Origin: Mobula hypostoma
Lineage: Eukaryota
Assembly: GCF_963921235.1 (NCBI RefSeq)
Contig: NC_086097.1
Span: 61,444,001-61,504,000 of the forward strand
Length of the DNA: 60,000 nucleotides
Direction of reading: 5' to 3'
This document shows positions 1 to 10,603 of this stretch, piece by piece; within the stretch, counting starts at the first letter, position 1, and every line of letters starts with the position of its first letter. Under the pieces are notes generated by a model that made no database searches, was not told where the DNA came from, and worked only from the letters and a program-made list of their open reading frames with translations. A program made the translations under genes and the position numbers.

Positions 1-208
1 AAACAGGCTATTTGTCCCAACTGGTCCATGCTGAACAGTGGGCACCCAGCCATATTAGTCTCATCTCCCAGCAATTAGTTTAATGCTTAAATGATTCAAG
101 TGCTCATCTTCAACCCTCTCAGCTACCCATCTTTAAGCACTCTTTCTGTTAGTGCATTCCAGGTACATACCACTCTGAAAAAGGTTTCCCCTCACATCCC
201 CTCTAAAT

Positions 209-993
209 ATAGAACATGAATAGTACAACACATTACAGGCCCTTCAGCCCACAATTTTGTGCCGACCCTCAAACCCTGCCTCCCATATAACACCCACCTT
301 AAATTCCTCCATATACCTGTCTAGTAGTCTCTTAAACTTCATGAGTGTATCTGCCTCCACCACTGACTCAGGCAGTGCATTCCACGCACCAACCACTCTC
401 TGAGTAAAAAACCTTCCTCTAATATCCCCCTTGAACTTCCCACCCCTTACCTTAAAGCCATGTCCTCTTGTATTGAGCAGTGGTGCCCTGGGGAAGAGGC
501 GCTGGCTATCCACTCTATCTATTCCTCTTAATAGCTTGTACATCTCTATCGTGTCTCCTCTCATCCTCCTTCTCTCCAAAGAGTAAAGTCCCAGCTCCCT
601 TAATCTTTGATCATAATCCATACTCTCTAAACCAGGCAGCATCCTGGTAAATCTCCTCTGTACCCTTTCCAATGCTTCCACATCCTTCCTGTAGTGAGGC
701 GACCAGAACTGGACACAATACTCCAAGTGTGGCCTAACCAGAGTTTTATAGAGCTGCATCATTACATCGTGACTCTTAAACTCTATCCCTCAACTTATGA
801 AAGCTAAAACCTCATAAGCTTTCTTAACTACCCTATCTACCTGTGAGGCAACTTTCAGGGATCTGTAGACATGTACCCCCAGATCCCTCAGCTCCTCCAC
901 ACTACCAAGTATCCTGCCATTTACTTTGTACTCTGCCTTGGAGTCTGTCCTTCCAAAGTGTACCACCTCACACTTCTCCGGGTTGAACTCCAT
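209..993 (-). mobile_element. CR1 LINE, 5'-truncated 3' fragment (ORF2 C-terminus plus 3'UTR)
   Basis: Minus-strand ORFs MEFNPEKCEVVHFG and LYKTLVRPHLEYCVQFWSPHYRKD...FFTQRVVGAWNALP are typical of the CR1 RT C-terminus. Confidence 0.92.
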
Positions 994-995
994 AT

Positions 996-1750
996 TTTCC
1001 CATTTATTCTTTATCTATATCCTCTAGTTTTATTTACCTACGATACAGCGAAAGATTTCCTGGAATCTACCCAATCCATAACCCTCAGAGTTGTATGTCC
1101 CTTTTTAACCTCCTTTGTTGCTATACTCTGGGATACTAAGCTGCCAGTCTTGCCCATTCATCAGCTAAGTCTCAACAATAGCAACAATACTGTAGACCAC
1201 TGTGTTACCTAAAGGTTTGAGTTCATCTACTTTACTGGATGCATTTTAGATTTAAATTCCTTTGATGTGCACTTACCGCCTTGACCCTATTGGACTTCTT
1301 ATTTTTCCTGAAGGTGATCATATTTCTCCATCTGAACAACTACTCTGAGACCCCATTCACCAGCCAAATCAGTTTAAATCTTCCCAAGCAGCACTAGCAA
1401 TCCCCTCAGCAGGGCCTTGGATCCTATCCTGGTTAAGGTGCAAACCATTCCACATCCAGAGCCCACCTTTCCCTAGAAATAGTCCCCTTGATCCAGACCC
1501 CCTCATCATGACCTAACCTCCTACACCATCTCTTCAGTCACACACTGATTTGCCCTATCCTTCTATGCCTATGGGCACTGCTGACACTGCAGAAATGATA
1601 ACCTTTAAGATCCTGCTCTTTAAACACCTAACTAGCACCTAATCTTATATTGCAGGATCTCATTCCTCCTCCAACCAAAATCACTGGTAGCTTGTCTGTC
1701 TTCAGCAAGCTTTGTTAGCTCCGATAATGTCAACTTGACTGCTCAGCCTC
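996..1750 (-). mobile_element. Old degenerate CR1 fragment (ORF1 esterase region to ORF2 start)
   Basis: Nucleotide resemblance (cagtttaaatcttcccaagcagcactagcaa...ggtgcaaaccattcc) to the reverse complement of the CR1 ORF1 end at about 40500-40610. Confidence 0.5.
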
Positions 1751-1879
1751 TTCTTCACATCACACCATAGAAGCTGTTTCTGCTGACAGGTAACCACATT
1801 ATTATATAAATAACAACACTGTATAGCTCAGAACACACTGGAGGAGCTTTGCAAGTCGGGCAGCATCCGTGGAAACAAT

Positions 1880-1918
1880 CAGTCGACGTTTCGGGCCGGA
1901 ACCCTTTTGTCAGGACTG
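1880..1918 (-). ncRNA. Degenerate minimal type I hammerhead ribozyme in the left pLTR
   Basis: The minus strand reads CAGTC-CTGACAA-AAGGGTTCCGGCCC-GAAA-CGTC-GACTG. Stem I is CAGTC/GACTG, stem II is GGGT/GCCC, and the GAAA box and GTC cleavage triplet are intact. The CUGANGA box is mutated. Confidence 0.75.
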
Positions 1919-3624
1919 AAGAGGGAAGGGGCAGAGGCCCTATAAAGAAGGTGGGGGGAGGGTGGGAAGGAGAAGGCTGGTAGGTTCCAGGTGAAAAACC
2001 AGTAAGGGGAAAGATAAAGGGGTGGGGGAGAGGAAGCAGGGAGGTGATAGGCAGGAAAGGTGAAGAGGGAATAGAGGAAAACATAGTGGGTAGTAGAAGG
2101 AGGTGGAACCATGAGGGAGGTGATAGGCAGCAGGGGGAGGGGGCAAAGTGACATAGGGATAGGGGAAGGGACAGGAAGGGAATTACTGGAAGTTGGAGAA
2201 TTCTATGTTCATATCAAGGGGCTGGAGACTACCTAGATGGTATTTGAGGTGTTGCTCCTCCAACCTGAGTTTAACCTCATCATGGCAGTAGAGGAGGCCA
2301 TGTATGGACATATCCAAATGGGAAGCAGAGTTGAAGTGGGTGGCATGGGGACTCATGCTGAGCTCGTCAATTTCATCAATTTTACTTCAAACTTCCACCC
2401 AGCCCTCAAATTCACTTGGTCTATTTTGGACACTTCTGTCCCCTTTCTCGATCTCTCGGTCTCCATCTCTGGAGACAGACTGTCCACTGACATCTTCTAC
2501 AAGCCTACTGACTCTCATAACTACCTTGACTATACCTCTTCCCACCCCGCCACATGCAAAAATGCCATTCCCTATTCCCAGTTCCTCCATCTCCGACGCA
2601 TCTGCTCCCAGGATGAGGCTTTCCATTCCAGGACATCTCAAATGTCCTCTTTCTTTAAGGATCATCGTTTCCCTTCTGCCATCATCAATGATGCCCTCAC
2701 CCGCATCTCCTCCATTTCCCACACTTCGGCCCTCACCCCATCCTCCTGCCACCACAGCAGGGACAGAGTTCCCCTTGTCCTCACCTACCACCCCACCAGC
2801 CTCCGGATCCAGCACATTATCCTCCGCAACTTCCGCCACCTTCAACAGGACCCCAACACTAAGCAAATCTTTCCCTCTTCACTCCTCTCCACTTTCCGCA
2901 GGGATCGGTCCCTCCACGACTCCTTGATCCACACGTCCCTCCCCACGGATCTCCCACCTGGCACTTACCCCTGTAAGCGCAAGTGCTACACCTGTTCCTA
3001 CACCTCCTCTCTTGCCACCATTCAGGGCCCCAAACAGTCCTTCCAAGTGAGGCAACACTTCACTTGTGAGTCTGTTGGGGTCATCTATTGCATCCGGTGC
3101 TCCCGGTGCGGCCTCCTCTACATTGGTGAATCCCGACGCAGATTGGGGGACCGCTTCGTCGAGCACTTCCGCTCCATCCACCATAACAGACAGGATCTCC
3201 CGGTTGCCATCCACTTCAACTCTGCTTCCTATTCCTATTCGGATATGTTCATATATGGCCTCCTCTACTGCCATGATGAGGCTAAACTCAGGTTGGAGAA
3301 GCAGCACCTCATATACCGTCTAGGTAGTCTCCAGCCCCTTGGTATGAACATAGAATTCTCCAACTTCCGGTACCTTCCTCCCCCTCCCTTCCCCTATTCC
3401 TATGTCACTCTACCCCCTCACCCAGCTGCCTATCACCTCCCTCATGGTTCCGCCTCCTTCTACTACCCATTGTGTTTTCCCCTATTCCTTCTCCACCTTT
3501 CCTGCCTATCACCTCCCCCACCCCTTGAGCTTTCCGCTTTCTGGTTTTTCACCTGGAACCTACCAGCCTTCTCCTTCCCACCCTCCTCCCACCTTCTTTA
3601 TAGGGCCTCTGCCCCTTCCCTCTT

Positions 3625-3662
3625 CAGTTCTGATGAAGGGTTCCAGCCCAAAACTTTGACTG
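3625..3662 (+). ncRNA. Degenerate minimal type I hammerhead ribozyme in the right pLTR
   Basis: CAGTT-CTGATGA-AGGGTTCCAGCCC-AAAA-CTTT-GACTG. The CUGAUGA box is intact, while GAAA and the cleavage triplet are mutated. Confidence 0.7.
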
Positions 3663-4011
3663 ATCGTTTCCACGGATGCTGCCTGACCTGCTGAGTTCCT
3701 CCAGCGTGTTGTGAGTGTCACTTTGACCCCAGCATCTGCAGAGTATTTTGTGTTTACTGTATAGCTCAGGACGGACTTTTATTCTCCATGGATTAGGAGA
3801 CATTAAAGCGTGGGATATATGATAGATCCAGCAAAAGGGGAACTATGCAGCTACAGATAACATGTGAACTATTGATCACGAGATTATTGGTTATTAGCGG
3901 ATGCAAAAGGTAGAGTTAAATGTCAGTGAGGTGGAGCGGATGAAGAGAGTTATCCATGATCGTGTTGAATTGTAGAGTATGCATAAAGGGCTGAATGGCT
4001 TACCCTTTCTC

Positions 4012-5628
4012 CCACTCCCGCAATACCCTAGACTTGCCAGATCTCATTATAACTGTAACAGGCGTTAAGAAGCTTCTCGAGGACTTCCAGCCTAAGAAAG
4101 CACCAGGACCTGATCAAATACCAGCTATGATTCTAAAGAGTTGTGCTTCCAGTCTAGCTCCCATTTTACAAAAGATATTCCAGAAGTCTATTGATACTGG
4201 GACATTACCGGACGATTGGTTGAAAGTGAATGTCGTTCCAATTTATAAGAAGGGCGAGCATACAAATCCGGGAAATTACAGACCAGTTTCACTCACTTCC
4301 ATCCCTTGTTAAGTTCTTGAACATATTATTCACCGTCACATTATGGACCATCTGGACAGACACAATGCTCTTACTCACCAGCAACATGGATTCCGAGAGG
4401 GTAGATCTTGTGACATGAAACTTGCAGGGTTGATCAACGACTTAGCAAAGATCCTTGACAATAGAAGCCAAGCAGACTTGATCATACTCGACTTCAGTAA
4501 GGCATTTGACACGGTCCCCCACCAGAGATTGCTACGTAAGCTTGAACATGTGGGCATTAACAACAGCCTTCTACATTGGTTAAACATGTTCCTCGTCAAC
4601 AGACAGCAACGTGTGCTTCTTGAGGGGCAGAGTCCCCTGAATCTCCAGTAACATCCAGAATGCCCCAGGGGTCTGTGTTGGGACCCTTACTTTTTCTCAT
4701 TTAAATCAAAGACTTGCCAAATATAGTCAAGTCCAAAGTCAGACATTTTGCAGATGACTGCATAATCTAGCATGAGATGAAATATGACCAAGATGCTCAG
4801 CTGCTGCAAAACGATATTGATTCATTATGTCAATGGGAATCTCAATGGCAAATCTTTCAACTCATCTAAATGTTATGCTATGCGTGTCAGTCACAAAGTA
4901 AGTTATACCAATCAACATAATATATGACATGAATGGACAGATTCTTGAAACAGTCACCCACCACCCATATCTTGGTGTTGAAATTAGCAAGGATCTTAAC
5001 TGGGCATGCCACATCAATCAGATTACAGCCAAAGCAAATAAAATGCTGGGTATCCTGAGAAGAAACCTCCACTCGTGTAGTAAATCTGTCAAGGACATCG
5101 CATATAAGACACTCGTCCGTCCAAAGCTTGAGTATTGCGCGGCCATATGGGATCCCCATCAAGCTAAAAAAAAATCCAACACTCACTTTGTGTTAAGCGA
5201 TTACAACAGGAAATCACCAACATGCTCTCTAACCTTCAATGGGAACCACTTGAAAACCAACGTATTAAACTACTGTTAAATTTCATTTTCAAAGAAGCTC
5301 ACAACATCATTCCATCAAACATCCAAATTCGTCACAGGGTCAGTTCAACTGAATAGCAAACTGGACCTCACATATTGGAAACTCGTTCATTCAATAAGAT
5401 TTGCTACCAGTTCTCCCTGTACCCAAGATCAACAAGAGAATGGAATCTTCTGCCGCCAGACCTGTGTAGTATTTCTGACATAAATATTTTTCAAGATAGA
5501 CTCAATCAGATCGATTTAGGGGATCTAGTCAAAAAAGCTTACTTTATAATTTAACTCCCACGCCGTTCACATCGACTGCACGTTATAACAGCCACCTGGC
5601 AGTGCTTGCACAGTACCAAGCAGAAGCA
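4012..5628 (+). mobile_element. CR1-group LINE of a type unlike the resident vertebrate CR1s (RT domain plus 3' end, with stops and frameshifts)
   Basis: Motifs KAPGPDQIP...NYRPVSLTSIPC, QHGFREGRSC, LDFSKAFDTVPHQRL, PQGSVLGPLLFL, FADD (tttgcagatgac at about 4748) and LGILRRNL...AYKTLVRPKLEYCAAIWDPH. The tail is ...cagtaccaagcagaagca. Confidence 0.85.
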
Positions 5629-6039
5629 CTTATGAACTTGCTTCTCCCTTTATTGGGTCCACAATATAGCCCATGTTTTAGCACTTCCTATGTCTGTACT
5701 GCACTGTATTATTATTAATAATGCAATGACCTCAACTGCTTGTGCAATCAATTCCATGATAGTGTTTAGTGCTTCTACAGCTGAGTAATAGAAGAGCCAG
5801 ATATATTTATCTTTTATTGGATGTTGCTAATGTGCTGACAACATACTGTTCACTCTTCGTTAATCTATTGCTTTTAAATGCCAGGTGTAAAAATGCAGGG
5901 CTACGTGTTTCTCCCAATTGAAGAAATATTAATTGTGTTGAAAGAAGTCAGATGTACACTTAGTATTCTTAGAATAAGATTCCTGAATATTCTGAAGATA
6001 TATCTGCGTAATTGAAATTGTAGTTGATCTATATGTGTG

Positions 6040-6560
6040 TGTCAGAAGTATGGACAACTTGCAGTAGGAACCTCAATGTACCACCAATACGGATTCGACA
6101 AATCCCATCAAATCTGCTGGCAGGATAGGTCGACAAACATCAGCATCTTTTTCCAGGCCATTGTCCCCAGCATTCTGGTTGTCATCTTAGTCAACTCCAG
6201 AGGTGAGCCACATCATCAACTAGCCTGATACAAACACTGGCAGCAAACACTCAACTCTAAGCTGCACTGAGTAAGTGACTTCCACTGGAGCTAAGGAAGT
6301 ATTTCATGGATGACCTCAAATCTCCTTAAAAACATGTAACATCCTCACTGAGGCATGGAAATCTTGGGGTAAGTATCCAATCAGTCACCAAACATGCAAG
6401 GGATTCTCTGGTAGCTCCAAGCACAAAGAGAATAAGATGTACGCTGCATGTCCACCTGACCCCTCAAGTCCCACTTGGTTTCATTCTGTGAGACCTACCT
6501 GAAGATTGATTCGTCCCTTCAAATTGCATACCACTGTACTGGAAACAATTCATCCTCAGC
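6040..6560 (+). mobile_element. Old RTE-clade LINE 3' fragment
   Basis: Remnant peptide HQICWQDRSTNISIFFQAIVPSI, followed by an F.D.LK.SLKTCNI...W..L-like stretch, resembles the RTE ORF C-terminus. Confidence 0.6.
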
Positions 6561-6604
6561 TCTGAGGGACTGCCAAAGAAGACAAAGAAAACAGCAAGAA
6601 TTGT

Positions 6605-6880
6605 TATGATGCAGCAGGTGATGCTGTTAACTCACAGCTCAGGCACAGGGGTTTTGATCCTGACTTCCAGTGCCGTTTGTGTAAAGCTTGAACGTGCTCC
6701 CTTTCACATGGATTTCCACTGGTCCTGCAGTTTGCTGCCACACACCAAGCATATGCCACTGAGTGAGTTCATTGGCCACTGTGAAGGTGGTTGGTGGGAT
6801 CTGTTGGAATGTGAATAAATTACAGGGAAATAAGTGGGGCACTATTGCTCTGACAGCCAGCTTAGACTGGAAGAACTGAA
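6605..6880 (+). mobile_element. Degenerate tRNA-derived V-SINE (HE1-like)
   Basis: B-box-like ggttttgatcctgac, then a V-domain-like tgtgtaaagcttgaacgtgctccc...ggatttcc...gtttgctgccacaca. Confidence 0.6.
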
Positions 6881-9800
6881 TGGTCTTCTTCCATATCATA
6901 AGTAAATATGATAAATAATATACAGTGTTTCTACTAGAATCATTGATTTATGGTTCTTCTTTTAAAATCCAATCAACAATTGCCTCTGATCATTGTATCG
7001 TTAAAAAAAAGTTATGTTGCTGGCTAAACTAAGTCAGTATGTCATGTCTGATTCTCCTTCAGCATAGAATTCTTGAAGTGCTTCAATGTGATACAACAGC
7101 TCCCCCATCTTACCAAATAAAGAATACAGCTTGTGCTCTCCCAGAGACTGTTGAGAGAAAGTCCCAAATGGACTTCACACTGCTTAACCTGAAACTATTT
7201 ATTTCAATGCTGTTTCTTCCTCATTTTTAATAAGTATGTATAGACAGTCATTACAAGAACCAGTGTTTTGCTCTTCTGAAACAGATCTTTATACTGTAAA
7301 TGAACACTAATAACAATAAAAAAATAATTCTGTAGTCTGGAAAAATAAAAGTGTAGTGATGGCTATCTTAATTTATGTTATTCATAATAAGCATCATATT
7401 CACAATTGCCCTGCTTTAAACAAAATCTAACCAGAAACTAACACAACTTACTTATCATATGCATGAATTATTATCAAAGATCTATCTAGCTCGGAGTTAA
7501 GGGCCTTCTTCTTTCTCCTATCCAGGTAGCTGAAGTGGTACAAGTTTTATCTGAATGTAGTTTCAGATAAAAGAAGTTTTATCTTCTTGACTTGCAATGT
7601 CCTGGGAGTCAATATAAATGCAACAAAAACACACCTTGTAAAGAATATGTCATGAGGTAATTAATGGTAATTTTTATATACTGTAGTTATGAAAAATGCA
7701 TGCTAAATCTTAGCACAAACTTACATAGGTGCCCTGTTACATTGTAGTTTAATAATCAGTTCTTCTAAAAAGACTTTAACAATTCGCGTATCCAGTATAT
7801 TAAATATTTATATCAAACTGTTTTATCAGAACCTGCTTAAAACAGGAAATAAATGCAAATGGAATATTGCAGAGTAAGCTAGAAATTGGAAAGGTTTTTT
7901 TCAAGAATGCTAATAATGTTGATTGAAGGAATACTGAAATACACAGCAAACCACCCTTGTTCATTAGCTATCTCATGATACGCAGGTGCAACATAATTGT
8001 ATTAATATTAAAATAGATGTAACTGCAAGGTATCATATTTAGATAATTGTTTTCTTCCAAATCTGATACGGATTGCAATACTATTAAAGTAAGCAAAAGT
8101 GCATGCAGATAAGCAAAAACAACACCGTAGAAAAATATCAATATGGAATAATGAAATTCCAAACCAATATTACTCCAAAGTTATTTTCACATAACGCAAC
8201 AGAGACATAATTAGAATGACCTATTGCCCTATGCCCGAGTCTTTCAGCAGAGACAAATTAGCCTTTACGGTAATCCTAATTAATCTCCAATTGACGGAAA
8301 CATGGGATTTAACAATTAGGCCACATTTGAAGGTAGTACTTTCTGAATCATAAAGCGTCTGATACAGATACGCCATTTATGTAAGCCCCTGAAAGAAGGG
8401 AAAAAAAACAACTTCTAGCGATCGTTTTCTATACGCGTCCTGGTGCTGCCATCTCTAGACTTCGAGGCCAACTCCTCTTTATTGAAAGTGACTACTCAGT
8501 GTGGAAAGCTGCTTGCAATCTCTTCCATCTTCCTCCGGCTTGATCCTGTTTTAGCTATACCTGACACCACGATGTTTTCCGTAGGAAGAGTTCGCTCACT
8601 CCAGCCCTCGGTTGTACTTACACTGTCAAGTTGCTCAGGAAAGTAGAGAGCACTTCATAACATCTGTTTATTCCGAATCTCAACTCCTTTGGTTAATTAA
8701 AGACGCTTTTTTTTTTGCCACAAGGGTCAGGTACCTGCGCCACTCGCACTGTCTGAGATCTCGTCAAAGCTTATCCGCTGATTTCCAGCCCTGCGCCATC
8801 TCGGGAAGGAGCTTTGTCTATTTGTATGGGTGACCTCTCATTACACAACTCCCCCCACTGTGACTGGTTCTTATCGCCCCTTTCCGCACTGCAACATCAT
8901 TTTTTTTCGAAATCCAGAAGACAAACCAAAAGAAAACTAAGCTTGACAGCACTTCTTAACAAGTTCCCCTGAGTAGCAGTCAGCAACTAGAAGCAGCCTG
9001 AACAAATCCTTCTCTACTCCCTCCGCCTCCTGGTCTTCTCAGATCACTTTGGATGCCAGATTTTTTTTTGCGCTCTCTGCACAAGATCGAACCCACCCTT
9101 GCAGCAAACTGGATGAGATGCCACCATCAGGGAGTGCGAGCCCTCATGTCTACCTCTGAGAACACAGTTCCGACGGTGTACGTGTCATTCAGCTTTGCAT
9201 TTTATGATTTGTTTGAGTGCAAGCCCAATGACATTGGTGTAATGGCGAGAAGCGGACAGTCCCCGGTACTTTTCACGGGGGGCGAGAGTAATCAAGAGCT
9301 TTCTGAAGTCAACGCTTCAGTGAGGCAAAAGGGCAGATAATGTGGCACACGACCACTCTGAGGATCAACCCAGCGCGGAGGCTGCGACGGGGGATGTGTT
9401 AGGTGCAACGGTGCAATTCTGCTTGCTGAGATTTGATCTGACTTTCCCATCTCAGCCACTTGATCGCTCTCACTGCAGAGACGTTTGCTCAGCTAATAAA
9501 GCAGCTTGCTTGATGCAGAGGAAAGCTGCTTTCAGCTCCCCCTTCTATACGGCAGGATAGCCGCTTCGGCGCTGAATGGACGGAAAGAGCATGTCTCCGC
9601 TGTTCGCGACGCTCTGGAAAAATGTGTATTTTGAAGTTTAACTCTGAGGATATATGTAAATCTCCGAATTGAAAACGTTTTTTTTTACACATGGATGACA
9701 TTCTGTTCCCGTCTTTTGATTTGGCTGCTTTGAAAATGGCCCCGTTGAAATCATCGCTACAGAAAACTGTGCACCGTGTAAATGCGATATATTTGAACAG

Positions 9801-9886
9801 TGACTTGTGGAAATGGGAAATAGGTGATGAGAAGACACACTTACCCTGATCCTTAACTAACCGGGCAGGGCTGATGTTCGTCCCTA

Positions 9887-9895
9887 AAGGTAACT
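9887..9895 (+). other. Candidate splice donor of non-coding exon 1 (AAG|GTAACT, exon end 9889)
   Basis: Good donor consensus inside the CpG-rich region, followed by T-rich intron-like sequence. Confidence 0.5.
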
Positions 9896-10397
9896 GTTTT
9901 CAGTTTTTTTTTGTCATTGCTGTTTCACTTAAGATGTATGTTTTTATCAGCAAGTCCGTGCCGTGGCGTAACCAGGGTTCATTTCCCGGTGAATGGATGG
10001 TTCTATCCGTATAGCATTGTTTAGTATCGTGTGCCATTCTAGGTGTTTATGCTGCATTGCAAGGGGAAGCTCCGCCGTTAGCAATGGCTTGAGGTTTCTT
10101 AACTTGGAACAGGTACATAGCAAGGTCAGTGTTGCCGTAAGGGTGTGGGATCGAGTGTGTTAACTAAAGACGGTGCGGAATGTTTTCCAAGTGTAGCAGC
10201 TGCTAAACAATGCTCCCGTAGAACTGCGCTTGGCACGTTGGAGTCAAATGGATTTCGTCTGCAAGCTGTTGGAGGAAATTTAATTGAAACGGTTTGCTCG
10301 ACGGATCACCTATTACTCGCGTCTTTTCGCTGAAGAATATTTGCAAACGTGCTGCTGTAAAATAACGCAGAGGTGAACTGTTATCCGCTCTTTATAG

Positions 10398-10603
10398 CTT
10401 CCTCGTCAAACGCCGATCATAGGTGTTACAACTGAGGGGTAAAAAAAGAGCAGTTACTTTTCTCCTCCCGGGTCGCCTGGTGAGATATCGTAGATAATCC
10501 GCCGATTGCACCGACGACAGAGAAGCGATACAGGGGAGGACCGCTATTTGTGAAGGTGCAGCCAAACTAAAGCAGCAACACGATTCCATTACGGTAGCTG
10601 AAG
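10398..10603 (+). other. Candidate non-coding 5'UTR exon (206 nt)
   Basis: Acceptor ccgctctttatAG ends at 10397 and a strong donor GAAG|GTAAGC sits at 10603/10604. I saw no ATG inside. Confidence 0.4.

Larger units (their letters stand above)
1832..3755 (+). mobile_element. Penelope-like retroelement (GIY-YIG endonuclease), 5'-truncated, with inverted pseudo-LTR and 14-bp TSD
   Basis: The ORF from about 2350 to 3370 encodes an RT thumb (FLDLSVS...DIFYKPTDSHNYLDYTSSHP...IPYSQFLHLRRICS) and a GIY-YIG domain (VIYCIRCSRCGLLYIGESRRRLGDRFVEH). 1832-2345 is the reverse complement of about 3205-3710. ACTGTATAGCTCAG occurs at 1818-1831 and 3756-3769. Confidence 0.93.

Noticed and set aside
1755..2154. 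Pro/Ser/Leu-rich minus-strand ORFs (also 38508-38780, 47596-47901, 59358-59669)
   Set aside because: They are translations of pyrimidine-rich pLTR or low-complexity sequence.
2237..3694. 485-aa ORF as a host gene
   Set aside because: It is a chimeric read-through of a Penelope element: inverted arm, RT thumb/GIY-YIG and pLTR.
9243..9585. Possible REST/RE1 silencer half-sites (gcggacagtccc, ggcgctg)
   Set aside because: The TCAGCACC half of the RE1 consensus is missing at the required spacing.
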